IMG/VR virus record: IMGVR_UViG_3300044701_002789
Location: 124,001 to 188,000 of that record
DNA length: 64,000 bases
Strand: one strand, 5' to 3'
The translations under genes and the position numbers were made by a program. Every line of letters begins with the position of its first letter. Position 1 is the first letter of the stretch. Positions 27,419 through 35,930 of the stretch are shown in pieces. The notes beneath the pieces are model-generated. The model did not search any database. It had not been told where the DNA came from and was given only the letters and a program-made list of their open reading frames with translations.

Positions 27419-27805
27419 TCAGGATGCTTGTGGAGTCTTATGTGCCAGTTTGGAAACTGGTACAAGACCATAATCACGAATCATAACATCCCTCACTATT
27501 TCCCTATCGTAAGAATCACCACAGAAGTCAACATTCTCAGTCTTAAGATATTTTGCTGTTGCTTCCATGATCTGATCCATTGTTGCACCCATATCATAGA
27601 TGCCACTCTTACCATAGAAACTGAACACATAAGAATAGAAGAGATTCATTCTCTTAGTCTCTTCTGATTCCTTATGCTCATTCAGTTTCCTTTTGATGGA
27701 AATGGCAAGCTGTTCATTCTTACCATTGAACATAATACCCAGATTCTTATTGTCAAAGAGATCAATAAGACCAATCATCAGTTCAGACTCTTCAATGGAA
27801 AACAT
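27419..27805 (-). CDS. Hypothetical protein
   Basis: Promoter TTGACA-N17-TAGAAT upstream. Confidence 0.75.
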   Translation of the reverse strand: MFSIEESELMIGLIDLFDNKNLGIMFNGKNEQLAISIKRKLNEHKESEETKRMNLFYSYVFSFYGKSGIYDMGATMDQIMEATAKYLKTENVDFCGDSYDREIVRDVMIRDYGLVPVSKLAHKTPQAS

Positions 27806-28069
27806 AAGATTCCTTAAGTAATGGAGAAACGAATCCCTTCAAAGCGGACAAACCAATTCTACTGGGATTCTTATGAGGTGTCAAGTGATTGTTACGGAAT
27901 GTTAACAAACCATTTAATACCTCCGGTTGGTGTCTTTGGTTGTCTTAGACAGTATAAGGGTCTTCTAGGCGCTCCTGGGTGCCTCTCAGGACGCTTCTGA
28001 AACTGACCCACAGACATAAAAAAAACTCTGATTCCCGTAAGAACCAGAGTCTTATGATATGTTCACTGA

Positions 28070-28243
28070 TCACCAACGATCAGGATTACTCAAATCTTCC
28101 ACATAAGACTTGACCTTCTCAGCAGGTTCCAGTTGAAGAACCTTATTCCAGTCAATCTGATGAGGATTCATGTCACCAAATACTTCCAATTCCAATGTGA
28201 TTCTGTACTTTGTCTTTTGTGATTGTGCGTAGATAGATGCCAT
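28070..28243 (-). CDS. Hypothetical protein, 57 aa
   Basis: Hand-translated MASIYAQSQKTKYRITLELEV...; promoter TTGACC-N17-TACACT. Confidence 0.7.
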   Translation of the reverse strand: MASIYAQSQKTKYRITLELEVFGDMNPHQIDWNKVLQLEPAEKVKSYVEDLSNPDRW

Positions 28244-28369
28244 GAGACTCGGACTCCTTGTGAAACTGAAACCTCAGTGTACCTGATTTCTTATGTAGGG
28301 TCAAGTGGTCAGTTTCTGAAGTGTCTCTGAGGTTTTATGTCAGGGTTTCTGGATTTTTATGTGGGCGCC

Positions 28370-28398
28370 TTGCAAAAAATTAGCGAGTGTGCTATAAT
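28370..28398 (+). promoter_or_regulatory. Sigma70-type promoter
   Basis: TTGCAA-N17-TATAAT with TG extension. Confidence 0.7.
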
Positions 28399-28563
28399 GC
28401 GTCATTTAAGAACACAAGGATTCTGACCATAAGAAATAAGATCTAAACATTATAACATAATAATCGGATATAACACTAACATAATATCATAAACAAATAA
28501 AACAATTATATTATTTTACTATTTTCATATATTATTAAATCTTACACAAAAAAGACGACATAT

Positions 28564-28571
28564 TATAAATA
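28564..28571 (+). promoter_or_regulatory. T4-type late promoter
   Basis: TATAAATA 27 nt before endonuclease ATG. Confidence 0.7.
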
Positions 28572-28597
28572 CTCACTATAGTACACGTCATAGTATA

Positions 28598-29431
28598 ATG
28601 AAAACAGGAACGATTTACTGTATTACAAACATTTCCAATGGTAAACAGTACATTGGTCAAACCAAACATGAATTGAACAAAAGATGGAAAGAGCACTTAT
28701 ATGAATCTAAGAAGTATAATACCAGACCTCTTTACAGAGCATTAAACAAATACGGTACTGATTCTTTCAAGATAAGAATACTAGAAGAATGTCCTATAGA
28801 AAAATTAAATGAAAGAGAAACTTATTGGGTTAATAAGTTAGATACTTACCACAACGGATATAATGCTACTTCAGGTGGAGATCATTTTGAACATGCAGAA
28901 GAAAATAAGATAAAAATATCCAATGGAATGTCTAATGTGGAGAGAACTGATGAATGGACCAATAATGTATCTAAAGCATTGAAGAACAAAATTAAAAATG
29001 GAGAACTATGGGGCATTCTTACTGGAAAATATAGCAATACGGATAAATTAAAACGTAAAGTGAAAGCGATTAAATTAGAAACCGGAGAAGAGTTTATATT
29101 TGATAGTATGCGAGAAGGTGCAAGAGAACTTACTGGAAATGTGGCAAATAGTGGAAATATATGCAGATCAATAAAGGAAGGATTTACTGTATATGGATAT
29201 AAGTGGGAAAAACTGGATCAGACTCCAACAAAAAGACCAGTAATAGGTGTCCATAAACGAACAGAAGAAATTGTTAGATATGATAGCATGAGATCCGCTG
29301 CTTACGATTTAACTGGCGAATCAAGAAAAGCGGGTGGTGGTTTACGGAAAAGTGTGTTAAATCCAGGAAAGAATAGTTGGATGGGTTATTATTGGTATTA
29401 TGAAGAAGAATACAATCCAGAAGTTCAATAA
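28598..29431 (+). CDS. GIY-YIG homing endonuclease with two NUMOD1-like domains
   Basis: GTIYCITN...KQYIGQT...RWKEH...E..W...GYN; two FDSMR.AA modules; only long plus-strand gene. Confidence 0.9.
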   Translation: MKTGTIYCITNISNGKQYIGQTKHELNKRWKEHLYESKKYNTRPLYRALNKYGTDSFKIRILEECPIEKLNERETYWVNKLDTYHNGYNATSGGDHFEHAEENKIKISNGMSNVERTDEWTNNVSKALKNKIKNGELWGILTGKYSNTDKLKRKVKAIKLETGEEFIFDSMREGARELTGNVANSGNICRSIKEGFTVYGYKWEKLDQTPTKRPVIGVHKRTEEIVRYDSMRSAAYDLTGESRKAGGGLRKSVLNPGKNSWMGYYWYYEEEYNPEVQ

Positions 29432-30051
29432 GAAGACAATCTTATTCTATTGGATGTGTCTATACCTCTTGCTTTTTGATAATGCGAAAGAGAACCAGCA
29501 TTTGTAATAAATCCAGTTACAGTACATTGCCATTTTATTGAGGATGCTTTTCTTGCTACCTCACTTCGTTGTTCAGGAGTTCTACTGGCATTTGCTTTTC
29601 TTGCTACCTCACTTCGTTGTTCTGGTGTGCTTGTAGAAAGATATACTTCTCTTGCTTTTCTTGCTACCTCACTTCTTTGTTCAGGAGTTTTATTTGCTTG
29701 TCTTTTTCTTGCTGCCTCACTTCGTTGTTCAGGAGTTCTACTGGCATTTGCTTTTCTTGTAATTTCACTTCTTTGTTCAGGAGTTCCCCAATTAGAAATA
29801 CCATCACCACCATCAGTCATATTATGAAGAATACCAGTTCCCAAATCTTTTCTACCAAACACAGCAATCATATAGATTTCGTGCTTGAATGCTTCTTCTT
29901 CAGTTAAGTTTTGCTTGAGGAAGATGATTCGTGACTTATCTTTGGGTGGTTTTACTCTTTTACATGTAGAATAAATCCTATTTCTTTTACCTTTACCAAT
30001 ATAATAAGGCGTTTGATCTTCTCTCAAATAAGCATAAGTGTAATAGTTCAT
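29425..30051 (-). CDS. GIY-YIG-type endonuclease with TPEQRSE repeats
   Basis: YYTYAYLREDQTPYYIGKG...RI; five TPEQRSE.ARK repeats. Confidence 0.8.
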   Translation of the reverse strand: MNYYTYAYLREDQTPYYIGKGKRNRIYSTCKRVKPPKDKSRIIFLKQNLTEEEAFKHEIYMIAVFGRKDLGTGILHNMTDGGDGISNWGTPEQRSEITRKANASRTPEQRSEAARKRQANKTPEQRSEVARKAREVYLSTSTPEQRSEVARKANASRTPEQRSEVARKASSIKWQCTVTGFITNAGSLSHYQKARGIDTSNRIRLSSY

Positions 30052-30144
30052 ATCATATTGAAACAGGATAAGATACTTTAGTCCAAGGAAGAGTTTTTAG
30101 TTCTTCATCGGTAAACTGTTGTGCATTACCATAGATTTCCTCTT

Positions 30145-30282
30145 TCAAAAGACAGGTTCAACACAACCATTTACAGCACTGGCATACCGATATGCCCCAG
30201 CATAATCCTTGAAGGATTTGGTTTCCACTTCTCCACTATATTCATTGACACTGAAGACCAGATAATACTTGGCGGTTTTCAT
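30145..30282 (-). CDS. Hypothetical protein, 45 aa
   Basis: Hand-translated; own dyad promoter 30303-30362. Confidence 0.55.
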   Translation of the reverse strand: MKTAKYYLVFSVNEYSGEVETKSFKDYAGAYRYASAVNGCVEPVF

Positions 30283-30371
30283 GGGTGGTGCCTTGACTAC
30301 TTGTGTAGAATATCAGAGTCTGGGGTGCTGGTGGGGATCAGTGTGCCACTTTTGGTTGTGTCTACGTGATT

Positions 30372-30587
30372 TTATTTTCTACAATCCAGGAAATAATGTG
30401 ACTTTGCTTCTCCAGGTGGAATAAATCTCACCACATCACATCCTTTGTATGTGTCTACAACAGAAAACCTTGGAGGTTCCGATACTGCTTTGAGATATCC
30501 TGCTTGAAATCCCGCAAAAATTATACCACCCACAATAACGCAAATGGAACTACAAACAATAAGTAATGCCTTTTCGTCGTCTTTCAT
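30372..30587 (-). CDS. Small membrane protein
   Basis: N-terminal hydrophobic helix. Confidence 0.7.
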   Translation of the reverse strand: MKDDEKALLIVCSSICVIVGGIIFAGFQAGYLKAVSEPPRFSVVDTYKGCDVVRFIPPGEAKSHYFLDCRK

Positions 30588-30778
30588 TTGTAGTCCTCAA
30601 TATAAGTTTCATAATTAAAATCTCTTTTATTACCAAAGAGTTTTTTAAGTTCTTTATAGATAAAAGAAACTGTTTGTTCATCAAATCCAGCAGTTTTCTT
30701 TCTATCTAAAAACTCATAGAGTTCTTGTGCTTGAAACTCTGTAAGAGTAAGTTTAATTGTGCGTTCATATTCAATCAT
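30584..30778 (-). CDS. Hypothetical protein
   Basis: ATGA-coupled ORF. Confidence 0.65.
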   Translation of the reverse strand: MIEYERTIKLTLTEFQAQELYEFLDRKKTAGFDEQTVSFIYKELKKLFGNKRDFNYETYIEDYK

Positions 30779-31038
30779 TTGTTTTCTCCAAAGTTTTGAA
30801 CCATCCATTGCATAGTTTCATCAGGAACAATAGGTGTTGTAAATTGTTCTTCTGTTTCTTTAAATCTAAAGGGGTATCGTTTCTTTATACCATCACTTCC
30901 ATACTTGATTGCACATTCAAGTTGTAGAATGTAGGTATAAACAGGTTCTGGGACTTCATAATAAGTTAGTTGATTTTTATTAAAGACAGAAACAAAACAC
31001 TTTGGTCCATCTTTTGTGAAATGTGATTGGTCAGTCAT
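30775..31038 (-). CDS. Hypothetical protein
   Basis: Co-directional ORF. Confidence 0.65.
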   Translation of the reverse strand: MTDQSHFTKDGPKCFVSVFNKNQLTYYEVPEPVYTYILQLECAIKYGSDGIKKRYPFRFKETEEQFTTPIVPDETMQWMVQNFGENK

Positions 31039-31039
31039 T

Positions 31040-31255
31040 TCAATAAACATCCAACTTTAAACATTCTTCAATTTCAGTCTCAACATATTCCATATCATAA
31101 GAATACTTATGATGAAATCGTGCCCAGATTTCCCATTTATCATTTCCCAAGTTGTTGATAGAAATAACGTCACAATCATCAATACCTTCAATCGCATTTG
31201 CAACTGCGTAAGTATTCACAAAACCACTTGTAGTTCTACGAAAAACTTCAGTCAT
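31040..31255 (-). CDS. Hypothetical protein
   Basis: ATGA-coupled ORF. Confidence 0.65.
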   Translation of the reverse strand: MTEVFRRTTSGFVNTYAVANAIEGIDDCDVISINNLGNDKWEIWARFHHKYSYDMEYVETEIEECLKLDVY

Positions 31256-31464
31256 TTTTCTTTCATGCAAGGGTATTCAAATTCCACTCCAATACTTTCT
31301 AAAAGAGTTCGTGAAAGGTGGATTTCTCCATAGTCGGCACCATCCTCAAAGACATCATCGTTAAACACTGGGTTATATTCTGGGTTTTCATCATAGCAGT
31401 GTTTTTGTTCTGCAATTCTTTTGAGACCCTTAATAAGATATTCAAGTTTTTCAGTGTCAGTCAT
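31252..31464 (-). CDS. Hypothetical protein (paralog of 50448)
   Basis: DG.DYG.I.L.R.LL motif shared. Confidence 0.7.
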   Translation of the reverse strand: MTDTEKLEYLIKGLKRIAEQKHCYDENPEYNPVFNDDVFEDGADYGEIHLSRTLLESIGVEFEYPCMKEK

Positions 31465-31922
31465 TCACTCGTCTCCATATATTGATTAAACCTTTGAGTA
31501 TCAACACCCTCTTTCAGTTCATAATAAATGCTTTCAATATCATCATCCCAAAACTCACACTCACAATTACTCACAAGAAATTGAAGAAGTTTACATGCTT
31601 GAATATCAGTGAGAGTGAGTTTGTAAGTGGTCTGTTTTTCTAACATTGGAGTTTCTCCTTTGAGTTTAGGATGAATTCTAATCAGTTCTTTTACTTTCTC
31701 AAGATATGGTTTGTATATTTCTTCTTTATACTGTTGATAAGCATCTTCTGTTTCATATGCAACATAAGTTTCTGGATTACCGTACACTACTTTCATATAA
31801 GTAGTTTTTCCACAAGCAGTACATACCATAGCAGAAAATCCAGGTTTAACTGCATCATAGTTGTACTTATGGTTTGTTTTGCAGTGAGGACAGAACCACT
31901 TTAGAGTATAGGTCTTATTCAT
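31461..31922 (-). CDS. Zn-ribbon protein
   Basis: CPHC...CTACG. Confidence 0.7.
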   Translation of the reverse strand: MNKTYTLKWFCPHCKTNHKYNYDAVKPGFSAMVCTACGKTTYMKVVYGNPETYVAYETEDAYQQYKEEIYKPYLEKVKELIRIHPKLKGETPMLEKQTTYKLTLTDIQACKLLQFLVSNCECEFWDDDIESIYYELKEGVDTQRFNQYMETSE

Positions 31923-32269
31923 TAGATTTGTTCAAGTTCGGTAATAATAGAAAGCATCAAAGCACGAGTTTGTTGTCTTTGCTCCCAACGAATATCCAGT
32001 TTGTCTTGCTCAAACTGCCTCCTCATATAAGCTGAATGCTCATATCCCCATTTTTCTTCCTTTTTTCCAAAGTTATACAATTTACGAGGGGGACAATCAA
32101 ACTGTGCCTTCGGTGCTTCTGCTTCTTCAGGGACTACACTATCAATAGCAGCACGAAGAACGGCAGCAAGAGCAGCATACTTATCAGTAGTTTGCTCATA
32201 AGCATCTACAACTGCTTGTGTTTCAGGAGTAAGTTCAGTCATCAGTGTACCGATTTCAATAGGGTTCAT
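31922..32269 (-). CDS. Hypothetical helical protein
   Basis: Co-directional ORF. Confidence 0.7.
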   Translation of the reverse strand: MNPIEIGTLMTELTPETQAVVDAYEQTTDKYAALAAVLRAAIDSVVPEEAEAPKAQFDCPPRKLYNFGKKEEKWGYEHSAYMRRQFEQDKLDIRWEQRQQTRALMLSIITELEQI

Positions 32270-32409
32270 AATGTTGCTGCAATAATTGCTGGTAGAATGT
32301 TTGAAGTATCGTCTTGAGGTTTGACTATTGGTTCTTGTGATTTTTTCTCTTTATGTTCTTTGAGTGCTTTGAGAAAGATTTGTTCTTCTTCGTGAAGGTC
32401 GTCAGGCAT
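32266..32409 (-). CDS. Hypothetical protein
   Basis: Start moved to MPDD. Confidence 0.5.
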   Translation of the reverse strand: MPDDLHEEEQIFLKALKEHKEKKSQEPIVKPQDDTSNILPAIIAATL

Positions 32410-32629
32410 TTGAGTTCTTAAAGAGTTTGTAAATCGCATCTGCAAGAGCAATTGCAGTTTCCTCATTCATACAGATATGTTGAACTCGTTTATCACCTGT
32501 ATCTTTACCATATTCCCAATAAGAAACAGTGAACCCAGAACATCCAACATCAAGGTGAGTGTCCTCGGCAGTGTACCAATAGTCTTCGTATTGTTGAATG
32601 CGAACTTGATTGGTGATTTCAATAGTCAT
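32402..32629 (-). CDS. Hypothetical protein
   Basis: Co-directional ORF. Confidence 0.7.
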   Translation of the reverse strand: MTIEITNQVRIQQYEDYWYTAEDTHLDVGCSGFTVSYWEYGKDTGDKRVQHICMNEETAIALADAIYKLFKNSNA

Positions 32630-32787
32630 TGGGGTTCCTCATTTCATATTTTTAATGATAGTAGACAGATTATTAACTACATCTCTTACATCCTGACCAT
32701 GCCTAATATTTCCACTTTCAAATAGAAGTTGGGAAATATGCCGAAGTTGGGAAAGTTGTTCTTGAATTTTTTCTTTTTCAGTGAGTT

Positions 32788-33015
32788 TCATTGCAGTTCA
32801 TCCCACTGCTTAAAAACACTGGGTTTCTCAAACCAGTCTTTAGGATTACAATCAGTGCCCATAGCAAAATCAATTTCAAGTGTTTGGTTTGATTTATTTA
32901 CTCGGGGAACACCATATTGATGTTCTGCACCTTTGCAGGGAGTATAGTTTTCATGGACCCATTCCCAGAAATCTGCAATGTCAATTTCAATAGTTCCTTC
33001 AGCAGTAAAAGACAT
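32788..33015 (-). CDS. Hypothetical protein
   Basis: Own dyad promoter. Confidence 0.75.
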   Translation of the reverse strand: MSFTAEGTIEIDIADFWEWVHENYTPCKGAEHQYGVPRVNKSNQTLEIDFAMGTDCNPKDWFEKPSVFKQWDELQ

Positions 33016-33038
33016 AGGTGTTTCTCAAGTACAATGAT

Positions 33039-33085
33039 AGTATAACACCTCCCAGGTGCTCCGGGAGGTGTGAGTGTGACGGTTT
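33039..33085 (-). promoter_or_regulatory. Dyad/hairpin early promoter (repeat copy 1)
   Basis: AAACCGTCACA-30 nt-TATACT; 9-bp inverted repeat. Confidence 0.8.
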
Positions 33086-33086
33086 C

Positions 33087-33389
33087 TCAAGTGTCGGTAG
33101 AGAAAGGTTCAATCTCATCATCATCCATTGGTTCTACATAATCCAAAATCACATTTTCAGGTCTTTTAAAGTCAAAAGATTTGATAATAGCATCAGGGAC
33201 TACATCCAACAACCAATCGCCAAATGCATCTTCACAAGAAATGTCTTGTTCTTCACGACCTTTGGGATTATAAAGAACAATAAATTGAACTTTGTATCCA
33301 CGAAGTCCTTTTTGGGAATTATCGTATTCCTCAATTTGTCTTTTCAAATTTTGAACTTCCTCATAAGAAAGTTTTGAAACGTCAATCAT
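33087..33389 (-). CDS. Hypothetical protein
   Basis: Flanked by two near-identical promoters. Confidence 0.75.
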   Translation of the reverse strand: MIDVSKLSYEEVQNLKRQIEEYDNSQKGLRGYKVQFIVLYNPKGREEQDISCEDAFGDWLLDVVPDAIIKSFDFKRPENVILDYVEPMDDDEIEPFSTDT

Positions 33390-33412
33390 AAGGTTTTTGC
33401 GTTGATGGTACT

Positions 33413-33458
33413 ATCATAACACCTCCCGGAGCACCTGGGAGGTGTGAGTGTGACGGTT
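33413..33458 (-). promoter_or_regulatory. Dyad/hairpin early promoter (repeat copy 2, loop inverted)
   Basis: AACCGTCACA-30 nt-TATGAT. Confidence 0.8.
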
Positions 33459-33729
33459 AGTCATCTGTCCAGGGGGAAGGTCGTTGCATCAACCTTGCAA
33501 GATTTTCATTATATTTTGGAGTTTCATTTAGTCGTTCCACAAGTGCATCAAAGTCCTCAACCGAAAGAACAATTTTCTCCACCTCAAAGTTTTTACCCCA
33601 AAACCACTCCTGGTTCATTTTATACCATCCCTCATTGAGAGTATAAAAAAACTGATAATGAGAAAACCAAGTGTATGGGGAACTCATCAGTCCTTTCCAC
33701 CAGTATATGGAGTTTAGGAGGTTATTCAT
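33457..33729 (-). CDS. Hypothetical protein
   Basis: ATGA-coupled ORF. Confidence 0.7.
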   Translation of the reverse strand: MNNLLNSIYWWKGLMSSPYTWFSHYQFFYTLNEGWYKMNQEWFWGKNFEVEKIVLSVEDFDALVERLNETPKYNENLARLMQRPSPWTDD

Positions 33730-34043
33730 TTTTGATTTTTGTATTCTTTGTATGCTTCATTTAGTTCGTCAATGCATCTTTCACTCACTACTTGATAGAG
33801 TTTTCCACTCTCAAGAATATACCAATTATTCCAAAACAAAGCATATTGTTGTTTATCATAATTTACCAGTTCTATATCATATACTCCACCACCATATGAC
33901 TTATCTCGGGTCATTTTAGGTTTGTGAAGGTCCTCATATTTCTCCAAAACATTTGTTTGGTTTGATGAAAGAGTACCTCTAAAATTCTTTAGAGATTTAT
34001 AGAATTCCTCACAAAGTTCTTTGTAGTTAATTTCTTCAGTCAT
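33726..34043 (-). CDS. Hypothetical protein (paralog of 63123 C-terminal half)
   Basis: NY.E...EFY...L.KYE..HKPK.T shared. Confidence 0.7.
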   Translation of the reverse strand: MTEEINYKELCEEFYKSLKNFRGTLSSNQTNVLEKYEDLHKPKMTRDKSYGGGVYDIELVNYDKQQYALFWNNWYILESGKLYQVVSERCIDELNEAYKEYKNQK

Positions 34044-34276
34044 TGATTTGTTTGGGTTGTTGAGGGTATTATAGGACAAAGGACACCTGAAATCAAGTGT
34101 CCGTGTTCCAGTTCGTCAAGTGTCCTCCAATCAGATGCCTTGCGCTCAATTTCTTCAATGTTCATAGCAATGAACTTCTCGCGTTCGTCACGAATCCATT
34201 CATTCATTTCACTCAAAAGGTCATTGAGTTTGTTGTCAATTTCCTCGGAAGTCATGTAGTAATCTTCAGGGGGCAT
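34040..34276 (-). CDS. Hypothetical protein
   Basis: Own promoter; 3' end reads through next promoter. Confidence 0.6.
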   Translation of the reverse strand: MPPEDYYMTSEEIDNKLNDLLSEMNEWIRDEREKFIAMNIEEIERKASDWRTLDELEHGHLISGVLCPIIPSTTQTNQ

Positions 34277-34343
34277 AGGAGTTCCTTGACGACTTGAATA
34301 GAATAACCGGGACAGTGGTGATTATGGGAGGTTGATGTGCCAG

Positions 34344-34889
34344 TTAGGGAAGTGCCATATGCGTTGAATAAGTGTTCAAAAGATACTTAACATAATCATC
34401 AGGTGCATCACCTAGATCCTTTCCATCTGGAACAACCTCAACATAATCGCCAAACTTAGCAAGTTTTAGTCCTGCCGGATCATTGTCACAAACTGCAACA
34501 ATTGGACGAGTCAGCATTTGTAACCAGTTTTTATAATCCTTCGGTGGATTATTTGTCATTGCTGCAATTGCAGACTCGCCAATGTATGTCATTCTGGCGG
34601 CGTCAAAAATTCCTTCAGTCAAATAAATCACTCCATCTGATTGATAAAGACTTTCAACGCCCCAGACTACAACTGTTGGTGTATGTTTATTCCGGTAGGT
34701 ATAATACTTACCTTCCAACTTGGAATTAAAAATTTGTTTATTTCCAGTTGGATTGTATTGTTGATAACCCACCAGTTGACCAGACAAATTCCAACAATAG
34801 AATGTTGCAATGTTGAGTTCTTCATCCAGAAATGGTTTATGAAGTTTTATGTCAAGGTGTCGCTCCTTCAAGTGTTGTTCAATTGCCAT
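34344..34889 (-). CDS. Toprim-domain (primase-like) protein
   Basis: IYLTEGIFDA and VAVCDNDPAG Toprim motifs. Confidence 0.85.
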   Translation of the reverse strand: MAIEQHLKERHLDIKLHKPFLDEELNIATFYCWNLSGQLVGYQQYNPTGNKQIFNSKLEGKYYTYRNKHTPTVVVWGVESLYQSDGVIYLTEGIFDAARMTYIGESAIAAMTNNPPKDYKNWLQMLTRPIVAVCDNDPAGLKLAKFGDYVEVVPDGKDLGDAPDDYVKYLLNTYSTHMALP

Positions 34890-34895
34890 AATGAA

Positions 34896-35627
34896 TCACT
34901 TCTTTAGAGTTGGCATCAGACGCAGACCATCACGGAAGATGGCATCTTGAACTCTAATGTTGATATTATTCAACATTTGTAGAGTCCATCGAGTATCTGC
35001 AAGAAACATTTTTTCAAGTTCCTCACGAATACGCTCAACAGAGACTTTCATCAACATATCTGCTGCAAAGTCACTATTGATTGCTTCCCAAGTATCTGCA
35101 TCAATATCAAAGTTTTTGGTAACAGCAAACCGAAGTGCTCGCATGACTCTCAAACCATCTTCTTCGATTCGGTCAATAGGATTGCCCACAAACCGAAGAA
35201 TAGCGTCCTGAATATCAGCAAACCCATTGAAAGGATCAATCAGTTTCCCATCCAGAATTGCCATAGCATTGACAGTGAAATCCCGACGTTGAAGATCATC
35301 CATCAGAGTACCAGGAAGTACAAAATCAGGATGCCGACCATCACTACTCGGACCATCTTTCCGAGCAAGTACAAAATCAGCAACATTGGTACGTTGCTTC
35401 AGAGGATGACCGTCAGGAACTTGTGCCCGAACAGTGAAGAACTCAGGAGTTTCCAGGAATACTTTGAACCCCTTTAGTTTCAGATGAATGCAAAGAGTAG
35501 TAAATGCAGCATTTGCATCTACAAAAACACTGGTATCTTCGGGAATCGCAACAAAATCTACATCTTTGGATTCCAGACCAAGAAACTTGTCTCGGACTGC
35601 ACCACCGACTTCTGCGAATTGAAACAT
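34896..35627 (-). CDS. tRNA nucleotidyltransferase / poly(A) polymerase family (class II) enzyme
   Basis: VGGAVRD...KDVDF, DDLQRRDFTVNAMA, DPFNG, EDGLRVMRALRF. Confidence 0.93.
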   Translation of the reverse strand: MFQFAEVGGAVRDKFLGLESKDVDFVAIPEDTSVFVDANAAFTTLCIHLKLKGFKVFLETPEFFTVRAQVPDGHPLKQRTNVADFVLARKDGPSSDGRHPDFVLPGTLMDDLQRRDFTVNAMAILDGKLIDPFNGFADIQDAILRFVGNPIDRIEEDGLRVMRALRFAVTKNFDIDADTWEAINSDFAADMLMKVSVERIREELEKMFLADTRWTLQMLNNINIRVQDAIFRDGLRLMPTLKK

Positions 35628-35699
35628 GAGTTGCCTCGTTGATCTGTGATTATTGTAAGGGATCAGGTGCCAGGTGAAGAGGAAGAGTGTGCCAGTTTC

Positions 35700-35894
35700 T
35701 CAACCGTCATTCTTCAACAACCACTTGTTAGAGATTGCCTTAAAAGTAAAGTCACTATCCAGAGACTTGAATACAATACCTTCACGTTGACTTGCATTGA
35801 GTGATGGTCCTTCTGAATACTTTAGAAGATCGTCCATTGTTTTTATATTAAGTTTATCAAGAGAAGTTAGAACTGTAATGATAGGAACATGCAG
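35700..35894 (-). pseudogene. C-terminal remnant of a DRB0094/Rnl-type RNA ligase
   Basis: Hand translation LHVPII...MDDLLKYSEGPSLNASQREGIVFKSLDSDFTFKAISNKWLLK; no N-terminal KxDG motif. Confidence 0.65.
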
Positions 35895-35930
35895 ACCCCT
35901 GAAGGTCCCCCTGTGACAGTTTAGAAAGTG

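Noticed and set aside
18000-28400. Repeated motifs at intervals as a CRISPR array
   Set aside because: Repeats are degenerate promoter modules separated by whole genes of variable length; no cas genes.
29569-29907. Repetitive Cys/Phe-rich plus-strand ORFs
   Set aside because: Reverse reading of the TPEQRSE repeat region of the endonuclease.
30056-30148. Short frame LKEEIYGNAQQF...PVSI between 30145 gene and endonuclease
   Set aside because: Only about 31 codons with a TTG start; cannot distinguish a gene remnant from chance.
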